A stretch of DNA of 64,000 nt from the human T2T-CHM13v2.0 reference genome, Homo sapiens, in assembly GCF_009914755.1 (NCBI RefSeq), contig NC_060933.1; one strand, given 5' to 3'. Under the pieces are notes generated by a model, which saw nothing but the letters and a program-made list of their open reading frames with translations, did not search any database and had not been told where the DNA came from. A program made the translations under genes and the position numbers. Positions 31,754 to 49,235 of this stretch are shown here, one piece after another; positions within the stretch are counted from its first letter, which is position 1, and every line of letters begins with the position of its first letter.

Positions 31754-32287
31754 CTGTGATACAAGAGGAAGAAAAACATCTTTGTGATTACACAGAGACA
31801 ACTTGTCCACCTTCCCTAAAAAGTCTTCCTTAGAACCTTAAGGAAGGAGCATCCAGAGACATGTTCAGGTCGGATACATGCAGAAAGCCCCACAATATAC
31901 CGTGCACTGAAAAGGCAGAGCACGGAAGAACGTGCAGGCCAGGATAGTCAATTTGGAAAGAGAAGGGGTTAAGGGAGGGGGAAGAATCAGACAAAGTAAC
32001 AAAGGAGCCATTTTATAGGAAGAGCACTCACAGCCAGGAGACCCGAGCTTTGGCCTGGCTTTGCTACTAACGGCAAGCTATGTGACAGTAGACACTTCTC
32101 TAAACCTTTCTGGGCTTGTCAAACTAGAAAATCTCAAAGATCCCTCCTGCCTGTAATATTATGTGATTTTGGAATTCTAGTTCTTCAAGGTCAAGATCTA
32201 CATATTAATTCTCTAACACTCTCCAGTTGCACCTTGTACAAACTCTTGATGCCAAAGATGAAGAGGAGAAAAAGAGAAAGGATATTT

Positions 32288-32520
32288 ATAATAACAGTAG
32301 CTAACATTTATTGCTGCTCGGCCTTTTGGCTAAGATCAAGTGTAGTAACAGTAGCTAACATTTATTTAGCAAGTCAATATATCTCATTTAATCCTCATAA
32401 CAAGCCTATGAGGTAGATACTAGCGTTATCTCAGATTTGTCAATGTGGAAACAAGCTTAGAATATTTTGATTAGCCCTGGACCACACAGCTAATAAGTAA
32501 CAGAACTAGAATTTGCACCT
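32288..32520 (-). mobile_element. MIR whose 3' tail hosts the U2 fragment
   Basis: atctcatttaatcctcataacaagcctatgaggtagatac...acacagctaataagtaacagaactagaatttg. Confidence 0.75.
32310..32347 (+). pseudogene. 3'-truncated (tailless) U2 snRNA retropseudogene, U2 nt 1-38
   Basis: ATTGCTGCTCGGCCTTTTGGCTAAGATCAAGTGTAGTA is 36/38 to the U2 5' end. Flanked by the direct repeat TAACAGTAGCTAACATTTATT (32292-32312 and 32346-32366). No poly(A). Confidence 0.92.
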
Positions 32521-33379
32521 GACCAAGGCTCTTATACATTAGGGCACTAATGAACAAGGTAGACACTGAATAAATTTTGTTGCATGAATGAATGAATGAT
32601 TGAAATAATTCAGATTAAAATTATTAAATCTGAATCTTCAGTTCTTATTCATTAGTGAACCAAGACAAGTTCCGTAACTTTTCAAAGATCATTTAATTCT
32701 CTAAATCAATTGGAATATCAATCAAGGTGGCGGTAGCTAGATGATAAGCGGCTATGAAGAAATGTCCACACTTAAAGTTTTTAAATAAATCAATCTGAGA
32801 CTTTAAAATCCGCAATAGACGTGTTCAACCCCATTCCACTTTAGCATAGTCAAATTAAACCAAGAGAGAGAACAGAACTCCGAAAGAGTCACTTAGAACT
32901 TTCAAAAAAAAATGTAACTGCAGCTGGGCACCGTGGCTCAAACCTGTAATCCTAGCACTTTGGAAAGGCAAGGTGGGAGGATCACTGGAGCACAGGAGTT
33001 CGACATAATCAACATATTAAACACAGATTTGAAGAGGAATTAGACTATAATTCAATTAAAGTAATATTTTAAATATGGGAAGTACTTTTCTACCTGTAAT
33101 CTATTACCACTTTCATGCTTACAATTGGGAAAGAAATGATCCTTTATTAAGCATCTATTATGAGCCAGGATCAATACTAGGTATTTTCCTCACCTGGCAC
33201 AGTCACAGTCTTCACAGATCCTAAGAGAGATGTTACTACTAGCTCCATGAAGAAACTGAGGAATCCCAAACATAAGTAATGTATAGACTTCACACAGCTG
33301 TTACCAATAGGGTTAGGTGCAATGTGATGCTATGATTAACCCTTTCATTCTCAGACATTCACACTCAGACCTCTCTCCT

Positions 33380-37600
<4,221 letters not shown>

Positions 37601-37964
37601 TCTGGACCAGAGAAGTAGAAAAAGTTGCTGGGGTAGGGTATAGGAAGGGAGGACAGAGAGAGCAGATGCGCAGAAAGAAGCCAAGACAAGATGGGGGAAG
37701 TCATGAGAGCCCTTCCTTCTGGTTTCAAGCCATTCATCAGGCAGACTATACTTCTTGAGAGCCCTCCTTCAAGCTGCTTTTTGTTATTTGCAACTAAAAA
37801 GTCCTGACGAATATAAACAGTTGGACTTCACCAACAAACACAAAACTAAAAAAATAAATAGCCTGGAAATTTAATTATCATCAGCTTTATGAAAAAGCAC
37901 ACACTATAGCATTCAGAAGATGAGAATGTGTATCAGAACTTATGCATGGAACATACTAGAACTA

Positions 37965-39305
<1,341 letters not shown>

Positions 39306-39339
39306 ACTTAGTGGCTAACATACTATATACCCTGAGCTG

Positions 39340-39690
39340 ATTACTCATCAGAATCACCCAGGGACCTTTTGAAAACCATAACTTACCCTTAAGAAAGTTC
39401 TTTGTAATTCTCCCCACCCTTGAGAATGTACTTTGTGAGAACCACCCCCTGACCCCAAAACATTGCTCTTAACTCCACCACCTATCTCAAAACCTATAAG
39501 AACTAATGATAATCCCACCACCCTTTGCTGACTCTTTTCGGACTCAGCCCGCCTGCACCCAGATGAAATAAACAGCCTTGTTGCTCAAAAAAAACAAAAA
39601 ACAAAAAACAAAAAAAAAACATAACTTTGTGGGCCCCAACCCCCATCTACTAAATCAAGAATTCCACAGGTGAGGCCTAGAAATGTATAG
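39340..39690. mobile_element. MER5A-like hAT MITE split by the LTR7 retrocopy
   Basis: cagaatcacccagggacc...[insert]...tgggccccaacccccatctactaaatcaagaattcc resembles the MER5A consensus on both sides of the insert. Confidence 0.6.
39385..39614 (+). mobile_element. HERV-H LTR7(B-like) U3-R fragment with poly(A) tail: an L1-type retrocopy
   Basis: LTR7 hallmark ctttgctgactcttttcggactcagcccgcctgcacccagatgaaataaacagccttgttgctca; stops about 14 nt after AATAAA, then an A-rich tail. TSD aaaaccataactt / aaaaacataactt. Confidence 0.85.
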
Positions 39691-41289
39691 GGAATGTTAT
39701 TATAACATGCACTTTTGGATGCAGTTCTGATTTTTATACCTCCATTGTATTTGGGAATCATTACTTAAGAAACCAATAATAGAAGTTACACAAAACTTCA
39801 GGTACATGTAAATAATTGATATAAATAAGCTACATTGTTGTTTTGCATTATTATTTAACTTCATGCATAAGAAGCCTTATTTGCCTATTAGACTTCGAAC
39901 TTCTTGAGGAGAGGATTCATGTAGTCCTCCTAGAGCTCAGCACAGAATTACTAGGCACACAGGAGTTATGAAAGAAATACTTGTTAAATGATTCAATGAG
40001 TAAGGGTAATAACTAATTATGTACAGAATAAAATACCAATACCATTTTAAAATAATAAAATTAAAGATATTTGGATCTTAATATGACGTTATTCCTAACA
40101 AAGCACCCTTCTGATGACACCATGTTCTTATCTATCCATGCAGTTTTAGTTACAAGAATATTACAAGGATCTTACTCTAAGGTATTTCATTTATCATGTG
40201 GTCTCATGGCACATGGATCAGTAAGTTCATAAAGAACTGAGGTATGGACTAGATGGTCTCCACAAACCCTCTATCTCCTCTATGAAAAGGCTGCCCTTAT
40301 GCTGTGTCTTAAAGGATAAACTGGATGTTGACAGAATAATTGTGGAAGAAGAATACTTCCAGGGTGGTCATCCTGTTTAGAATGATGATTCTTCTAGTGG
40401 GGAATGAAATAAAACAAAGATAAGAAAAACAAATGAAAGGATTTTAGCAAAGCATAAATAATAGAAAAAGAATGAGGGAATGAAGTTGGGTATGGTATCA
40501 TGTGCCTGTAGTCCTAGCTCCTCAGGAGGTTGACACACTTGAATCCAGAGTTTGAGGCCAGCCTGGGCAACACAGTGAGACCCCCAATTCTTAAAAGCAG
40601 AGAATGAATAAATAATTACCCATCCAAAACTCTCAATAAAGATCAAAAAGATTTAGATGTGGCATTTCTTGCTGAGAGAGTACGTTTGTGGGAGATGTAT
40701 AAAAAAAGGATGGCTGCTCAGTTTGCCAGGTAGATGTTTAGTGGACTGCTGATTCCACTTTTCTAGCATGCTTCAATACACCCAGAGTGCCAAGCTATGG
40801 TTTAATGATAGGACCCAGCCTAAGGGAGAATCCAAAGACATTCTTTTGTGCATTGATAAGTTTCACTCTAACCATCAGGAATGACTACCAGGCAGGCTGC
40901 TGGTCTGGCCAGAATCAGGGAATAACAGTTCAAGCATGAACATACACATTGAAGAGCTTCTCCAGAAGTAAGACCACAGGCTCAATTATCAAAATCCGTG
41001 AGACACAGAAAAGAGAGAGAAGGAAACTGAAGGAGAGAAGTATAAGAAGTACATGTCTACAATGGACAGTATGGTTACAAATGAAAGCAAAAGGTGACAT
41101 AACTATTTCTCCAGCATATTCTGTGAAACAATGAACAAAAATTAAAGTAGATTAGACTTTAAAAAATAAGTGGGGGAGCAAATAAAATCCTCTATTTATT
41201 AGATGTATCAAAATTTAAGCTGAAGAACTTACTTCTCACATTGTAAAAGGGACTGATGCACCTATATTTGATGTACTCTATTCACCGTA

Positions 41290-41676
41290 TTTTTGGGTTT
41301 GAGACACAGTCTCGCTCTGTTGCCCAGACTGAAGTGCACTGGCGCGATTTTAGCTCCCTGCAACCTCTGCCTCCCAGGTTCAAGCAATTCTCATGCCTCC
41401 GCCTCCTGAGTAGCTAGAATTACAGGCGCACACCACCATGCCCAGCTAATTCTTATATTTTTAGTTGAGACAGGGTTTCGCCATGTTGGCCAGGCTGGTC
41501 TTAAAACTCCTGACCTCAAGTGATCTGCCTGCCTCCTGGCTAATTTTTTGTATTTTTAGTAGAAATGGGGTTTCACTATGTTGGCCAGGCTGGCCTCAAA
41601 CTCCTGGCCTCAACTGATCTGCCACCTTGGCCTCCAAAAGTGTTGGGATTACAGGTGTGAGCCACAGTGCCTGGCC
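41290..41676 (-). mobile_element. Alu with an internally repeated left-arm segment
   Basis: gctaatt...tattttt...ttggccaggctgg...aactcctg...tgatctgcc occurs twice. Confidence 0.85.
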
Positions 41677-42862
41677 TCACTGTGCGTTTTATTTATAATT
41701 TTTTAAGCTATGGAAGTGAAGAACGCAAATAAAGGGTGGCTGGAGAGACAGAGGAGCTTAAATAAACTTGCTCTGTATTCACTGATCAAGAAGAGATTAA
41801 TAAGAACTGCTTTAAGATATATAAAAAATTTGAAAAAAGTGAATAAGATAAGTGATATAAAGTATTTTCAGTTTGTATTAAATACAACAAAGAGAAACAT
41901 TAACTTGATCAACAGAAGGGGCTAGCCTCGTGAGATTTTGAAAGTATTCAGAGTAAAACTAGAGAGAAATTCAAGAACTACTGCATTCAAGCAAGTCAGA
42001 ATGAGATATAAGTAAGAAAAACAAGTAATTGGGACTTCTGGTTCTACACAGTCATCACTTAGTAGCAGTCATGAAGAAAATCATACCTGCTAAGGATACT
42101 TGAGTTTATAACCATAGTATGAGAAATCAAGAAGCACTTTACAGAGTGATTTAGCGCAGAGAGACTGGCCTTTATATGCAGGCAGAGCTGGACACAAAAC
42201 ATCTCATTATCACACTTCCCTCCATGTTGGGTAACTTTGGCAAGTTCATCAAATCCCTGAGCCTTTGTCTTATCTGTAAACAATAGCAACGATACCTACA
42301 CCTTGCAAGATCACTGCAATAGAGGTAATGCATGTAAAGTACCTAGTAGAGCACGAGGTAGAGGCTGCTATTAGTATAATAAACCTTAATATTATTAGAC
42401 TTATAATTATTGTGTAACAATGGAGCCAATCCACAAATATTTATTAGGCATCTATTACATGCCGATATGATATTGGGAGGTGCTGGGAGGATACAGAAGA
42501 CAGACTGCAGATATTTCTTTTAAAGGAGAAGAAAAAGAGAAAGTCTAGGAAACATGATATAACCACTATAAAATATTTTAATAGCATTTTATTTCTGAAA
42601 TTGTTTTTCTCCCCAAGTCTTTTCTTCTTGCTGAGACTGAAGCTTTGAAAGTATATAATATGGCCAGCCTTTATACACATACTATATGAAAATATACAGC
42701 AAATGCTAATAATACCAGCAACATAATGGTTTTTACACTAAGGGAAAAGAATTTGCATATATGCAAAAAAGACTGTTACTAGGCCCACTAATGGGGCAAG
42801 GAAAAGTCTAGGTTGGAACTGCCAAGAGAAATCTGTAACCTGGAAACTCATCCAAAATATCA

Positions 42863-43468
<606 letters not shown>

Positions 43469-43782
43469 TCAAATCATAGGGTACTCCTTGGCCTATATTT
43501 TTTTAAAAAATCAGAAAAAAATACTGACATGACAGCTTGTAAAAAATGTCCCCTGCACACATCAATCCCTGTGACCCAGAGTGAAGGGTGGCCAAAAAGC
43601 CAAGAACTAAAGAGCATATAGCTTCAGAGGGTCAAGGCACACAAGAGAAAGAGCTCAAAGCTCAAAACACTAGAGGTATCTAAGTCCAGAGGATTTAAAA
43701 GGATGAATTAAAAATAAAAGTTCTTATATAATAAACTAAATATATAAATCTCAAATTAAGAATTAAAATCATTTCCATTTAC

Positions 43783-43872
43783 CTGATTGCTTAGAATTTC
43801 TTTCTTTCCACTGAATATTTTTGCATTTGATCTGGTTTTGTCTCTCTTTTCGGAGTCGTTCTAATCTTTGAG
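43783..43872 (-). CDS. MAPKAP1: MAPKAP1 coding exon (probably exon 3), residues 87-116 [30 protein letters not shown]
   Basis: Acceptor tttcttttcaag|CTCAAAG, donor TCAG|GTAAAT. 90 nt, phase 1-1, continues the SIN1 frame. Too short to appear in the ORF track. Confidence 0.95.
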
Positions 43873-44039
43873 CTTGAAAAGAAATATTATAACTGTAAGT
43901 TTGTCAATGAAAGTTTACCATAAACAAAGACATAATTAACTACCTTTACATGAATAAAGATGTTTTATATTGCATATGTAGAGAAAAAGTCATAAAATTT
44001 TAAAGGTGGCACCCCTGAAAAGCAAATACCAACAAAAAC

Positions 44040-45300
44040 ATGAAAATATTCTTGATTTATAATTGAAATTAGAGGATATAAAACACTAATAGAGATCATA
44101 AAGATAGTATTAACATGGAAGAGAATAATAAAATGTGAAAACTTCTGTGATTAATATGACATTTCATTATATAAATCATTAATAACGGTCTTAAAGGAAT
44201 TTTAATGCACAAATGAACTGAAGTGAATATTACATTACAGGAATAAAATTACTGTTATGAATTACTCTACCCATTTCAAAAATTAAAGATAAATGAACTC
44301 AGACTAGACTATTAAAGTTTTAAATATAAAATCCTTTATCTAAAAATCATGAAAATTATAAAATGTCAAAGCTATATAAATTAGCATAGCTTTTCTTCAG
44401 TGGGCTGAAACAGTTTATAGGTAGTAAAATAAATGATTTGTATCTTTGTAACATTAGTCAAATCTTAAAAAGAACAATTTTTCTTTTACAAAATTTTAAG
44501 ATATGCTGCATGGATTAAAAAGTAAATTCTTTGGTCACTAAGACAACCTACAATCTCAATTAATTATTAGCATCTAAGTGCTACCTAAAGAAATTCCAAC
44601 AAGAGTCACCTAAAATTATGCATTTGTGATTATATTGCCACTGGCTGATCAACCTTCAAAAATCAGTGAACTGATCCTTTAGAGAAATACCACCCAGCAT
44701 GCACTTAACAACTGCCGCATACAGAGACCACAATAAAAAAGAAAGTCACAATTGATGCCATCTCTTGAAATCAGTTTTCTCTTGCTAATCTTCAGCTTCC
44801 TATCCCAGCATTTTGCTAATAGAAAATAAATACATCTCTTTTTCCGCCTCTTTCAAGATAGGAAATTATACACTTCTGCCTTAGCATTGTGGTAGGGAAA
44901 CACTGAAAATAATCTTACCAGAAATTTAAACTATGCTGGGAAGAGCATTCTGACAATGTCACTATATCTAACCAAATTCCACTGAAGAAAACTACATTCA
45001 ATTGCAATTAATAAATGTGAAGGGTACAGCCAAAGTAATATAATCATAAAGCTCTCAATTTAGCAGCATTCTCCCACTGAAATACATTCAACCTGTCATA
45101 TAAGATATCATCTCAATAACCTGCAAGGAAGTCAGTTTCAACTAGAGAACTGAAAATCAATGGTTCTAAATTATATTCAAACCTTCACTCAAATCCTATT
45201 TTGACAAAAGTTCCTTTAGATACTGGGAAATGCTATTAATTATTTTCATCATGAGAGCAAATTATTCTTATGTCACAGATACTGAATTCTGAACCAAAAC
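44040..45300. promoter_or_regulatory. Candidate conserved non-coding element(s) in the 2.4-kb intron between the first two coding exons
   Basis: Alu-free, very AT-rich; TGATTAAT 44148-44155 and ATAAATCA 44171-44178. Confidence 0.45.
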
Positions 45301-46284
45301 CTGAATGTGCCTTTCACAGTAAATTGTATCCAGCTCTACCTCCAATATTCCTTTATGTGTGTTTTACATTTGGACCATGAAAATAAATATGTAAGTATTT
45401 TCAGTGTTCTACTATATCTCCTTGCCATTACCTTTCCTGGGAGTTAGCAGGTTACTGCTAATTTGAAGATTATATTTTCTGATTATCTAAAAAAAATTAC
45501 CTCCTAGAATACCTGTCATATTAGAACTACAATATGTATTCTAAATAATTTGTCTAAGTAAAAAAAAAAGTCCTTGGTTCATCACATTCCCCTTGAAACA
45601 AGGCCACCAAAAAAATATAAGTGGGAAAATGGGCAATAAGCTTTTAAAGCTAATGACTAAATACGTGTATACCAAAGTTGAGTGTTTTCAAGCCAGAAAA
45701 ATCAAAAGGTGATCAATTTAAGAAAATAAAGGCGAAGTATCAAAAACAGGGGCCCCTTTTCTAATCTCACACCCTATGTATAGAATCCTACTAAAACCAG
45801 CCCTAACAAATACTCAGGTGTCTCCTCCCATTTCCCCACTCCCCCACAATTCCTCCAGGGGCAAGAAGTGCCTGCTCTCTTTGGGTGGTCACCTCTCTGT
45901 ATTAAATGCTCTTTATTATGTCAACCTGAAATCTGTCTCCGGGTAGTCTACCTACTGGGACTAATGTTGCTGTGTGAAGACACTCAAAGCCGGTCCACTT
46001 GCCTTTCTACACAATGACTTGTTAGAAATGTCCAACATGTCTCTCCTAACCAACTTTTTCACTATCCCCCTTCTGTCTACTTCTAATAATATTCTAGAGG
46101 CCCTCTCCATTCGCAGTCGCAGAGATGGAGATGTTGCTCAGACTCACTCTTAGTCTGACATATGCATGTTCCTATTAATACCCGGAAACATCCCCCATTA
46201 AGCCTATTCCAATATTATGCATTATTCCATAAGACTGTTTACTGATTTAAAGCTCAGAAGACATGACTAGAACACAATGTTTAC

Positions 46285-46543
46285 CTGTGTTTGAGCGTCT
46301 TCTAATACCAAAGTCCCAACTTGAGGTAATATCGACTGACTGGGCATATACATAGCCCTGAGTCTCACCATTGCTTCCCTGAATTTCTGACCCACTGTCT
46401 CCAGGCATTGAAGGAGGATGAATCTTCTCTAGGTCAACATCATGATCAATGAGAACCATCTCACACATTCCCGTGTCATCACTGGTCACATGTGACTGTC
46501 GAATATGAGCTAGAATGATAGTTGGATTGTCCAAGAAGGCCAT
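46285..46543 (-). CDS. MAPKAP1: MAPKAP1/SIN1 first coding exon (probably exon 2), codons 1-86 plus 1 nt; ends in the AGC-kinase motif RRRSNT (Thr86)
   Basis: Translation [35 protein letters not shown]...[11 protein letters not shown] is the recognisable SIN1 N-terminus. ATG is in strong Kozak context (AGGATGG). Donor ACAG|GTAAAC at 46285/46284. 259 nt, phase 1. Confidence 0.97.
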
Positions 46544-46612
46544 CCTTTCTGTGGGCCAATTTCCTTAAAAGGCTATTTTCTCCTCTTCATATTGTTTCAC
46601 GAGCTCACCTAC
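46544..46612 (-). other. MAPKAP1: 5'UTR part of the first coding exon of MAPKAP1 (69 nt)
   Basis: Acceptor catgtttctag|GTAGGTGAG at 46613/46612; in-frame TAA upstream of the ATG; no CpG island in the window, so a non-coding first exon must lie further right. Confidence 0.8.
46573..46590 (-). promoter_or_regulatory. Upstream ORF MKRRK-stop in the MAPKAP1 5'UTR
   Basis: ATG AAG AGG AGA AAA TAG, with A at -3; ends 29 nt before the main ATG. Confidence 0.65.
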
Positions 46613-47182
46613 CTAGAAACATGATGTACACAGCAAATATTTAAGAATAAGGCAGAAAATGACTGAATCATTTTTCAGACACATTCAGTGTAGTAAAATG
46701 CCACCTTGAAAATCAACATTTATCCCTGTTCTGTGGAGCTTAAAAGGATTTAGTCTAAGCTGAAAGGAAATCCTTATAAGCACTAGGGGCTGCAGCTCTA
46801 GTCAATGAGATCTCTATAGAATCAGAAAGGAAGGCTTGCACTCTTGCAAAACAAATCACAGCAACTCCTTACAAGTCAGGCCACTCGAAGCACATAACTA
46901 CTGTTAAAACAATATATTTTCCTTTCTTTCTCCCTTCACTATCATACAATCTTCTCATTACTTTATAAGGTCATGGGGGAACAAGTTGTATTTTCCTCAA
47001 ATGATGTGCTAAAGTACAAAACTCTATTTCATCAGTTTACATTTCCCCTCCTGTCATATGATTGTGAAGTGTTTAAAAGGGCACAGACAATGCTTTCAGA
47101 GTTACTAGGGGTTTTATAAAAATGATGTACCACCAAATTAATGTTGCTCAATGAATATATTTTCCTGTCAAGATAGTATTGT

Positions 47183-47494
47183 GTTTTTGTTGTTGTTGTT
47201 GTTGTGTTTTTTCTGAGACAGGGTATCGCGCTTGTTGCCCAGGCTGGAGTGCAGTGGCGTGATCTTGGCTCACTGCAACCTCCACCTCCCAGGTTCAAGA
47301 TTCTCCGGCCTCAGCCTCCCGCGTAGCTGGGATTACAGGGATGCGCCACCATGCCCAGCTAATTTTGTATTTTTAGTAGAAATGGGGTTTCTCCATGTTG
47401 GTCAGGCTGGTCTCAAACTCCCGACCTCAGTTGATCCGCCCGCCTTGGCCTCCCAAAGTGCTGTGATTACAGGCGTGAGCCACCATGCCTGGCC
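47183..47494 (-). mobile_element. Alu (AluSp/Sq-like) with (TTG)n tail
   Basis: Full reverse dimer. Confidence 0.93.
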
Positions 47495-47606
47495 TGTGTT
47501 TTTAAAATAAAATTTATAATCAAAATTACCTACTATACAATCAACTTCTTATTTTAGAAACTTAATTATAAAAACTGCTTCCTCAGTCCTGTTAAAACTG
47601 TAATGA

Positions 47607-47945
47607 GGCCGGGCACAGTGATTCACACCTGTACTCTCAACCCTTTGGGGGGCCGAGGCAGGAGGACTGCTTGAGTCCAGGAGTTCAAGACCAACATGGG
47701 CAACACAATCAAAACTCTATCTCTACAAAAATATATATATATAATAATTATTATTTTTTAATTAGCTGAGCATGGTGGGACATGCCTGTAGTCATAGCTA
47801 CTCATGAGGCTGAAGTGGGGGGATCACTTGAGCCCCAGCATTCAAGGCTGCAGTGAGCTATGATTGCACCATTGCACTCCAGCCTGGGTGACATAGTGAG
47901 ACCCTGTCTTCTAAAAACAAAACAAAACAAAACAAACATACAAAA
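47607..47945 (+). mobile_element. Alu (AluJ-like) with an AT-expanded linker
   Basis: Diverged dimer with (CAAAA)n tail. Confidence 0.9.
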
Positions 47946-49235
47946 AACACTGTAATAATATTTGTTCTAGTAACAAGATAGCACCCTCTCAGTTAAGTGA
48001 AAATACTCAACAAAGAAAATATTGCAGGACAACGGTTAGGTACTAGGCCCTAGAGACAGAAAGGGTTCAAACCCTGGCCCTATTACTCGTTAGCTATAAG
48101 ATCTCAGTCAAAATACTTTACCTTTTTGAGCCTCCCTTTTTTTTTTCCTTCATTTATAAAATGGAAGCTTCAGGAGATAATGCAGGTAAAATGCTCAAAA
48201 AAATACATGGCATGTAATTAAATAAATGTTAGCTATTAATAATAATGATAAAAAATCAATAATTTCAATGATCAATTCTTGCTTAAAGTAGTCCTAAAAT
48301 ATGTCAATATCCCATCTGTCTTAGTAAGTTCGTGGCACATAAAATAAGTCTGTGCTTCCTTTGTGATAGAGGACACTGCAAGTCATCTGAGTGACTTCCC
48401 TGCCCCTGCAAAATTGTTGAGAAGTACAAGGAATATGAAAGCTGGATTGACTATGTTTCCAGGAACAGTCCTAGAAGATACTTACTTTCAGAAGGACTTA
48501 TAACACCAGATTTTCTTGTAATCTGTTTCTTCTAGAAATGGAACATAGAGAGGAAATCTAGCTAATAAATCCTTACAGTTAACTAAGGTTTTAAAAATTG
48601 TTGTCTGGAAACACATCATTCTGCTGATGTGTCTTAAAGTGGGTCTTAAAATAAAGATACTGAGATTAAAAAGAAATTTAACTGAGGAGCATCTCTAATC
48701 AAGCAAATTACATTAATCTTCACTTTTTTCCTCTTAATATATTCCTTGAGTACTTATTTTACTCTGAGGCTAATGGGAAATGCAAAGGTGAGTAAGGTAT
48801 CCCTGAATCAAAAAGTTAATACCCTAATACAGACCGAGTACATCTCCTAATACCATGGGATTCCTTTAAGCATCAAATTTCTGAGATATCTGGTCCCTGA
48901 AGTATTAGTGTCAATCTACCATTTTAAGGATATTGATCAGAAAAAAATATGAAATTAACAATGAGCATTTAAATTTCACTTGTAAAAATACAAACTTCTC
49001 TATAACCATAAAAAATGTATACACCACACATTTATTTATAAATGAGAGTATTTGTGGAAGCATAGTATCACAGATCAGAGCTGCAAACATCCTTCTACAG
49101 CAATCACAATAAGCCATCTTCCTGGCATGAAAGGAAGGCAGCTAGTCACCAGTAGAGAGGCAGGTGCTTTCAAATTCATACTGAATAGTTCTCCCTTGCA
49201 AAAACAAGGGCTTTAATGAGAAGTCACACATTTAA

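Noticed and set aside
31606-31833. Plus-strand 75-aa ORF over the coding exon
   Set aside because: Antisense shadow with a non-ATG start and no recognisable homology.
32292-32366. Repeat-spacer-repeat layout resembling a mini CRISPR array, or a functional U2 gene
   Set aside because: Only two repeats (a TSD) in a eukaryotic genome; the U2 piece lacks the Sm site, the 3' stem-loops and any evident snRNA promoter.
46247-46284. C-terminal [12 protein letters not shown] of the 98-aa ORF
   Set aside because: Read-through past the GT donor into the intron; the real frame continues in the exon at 43872.
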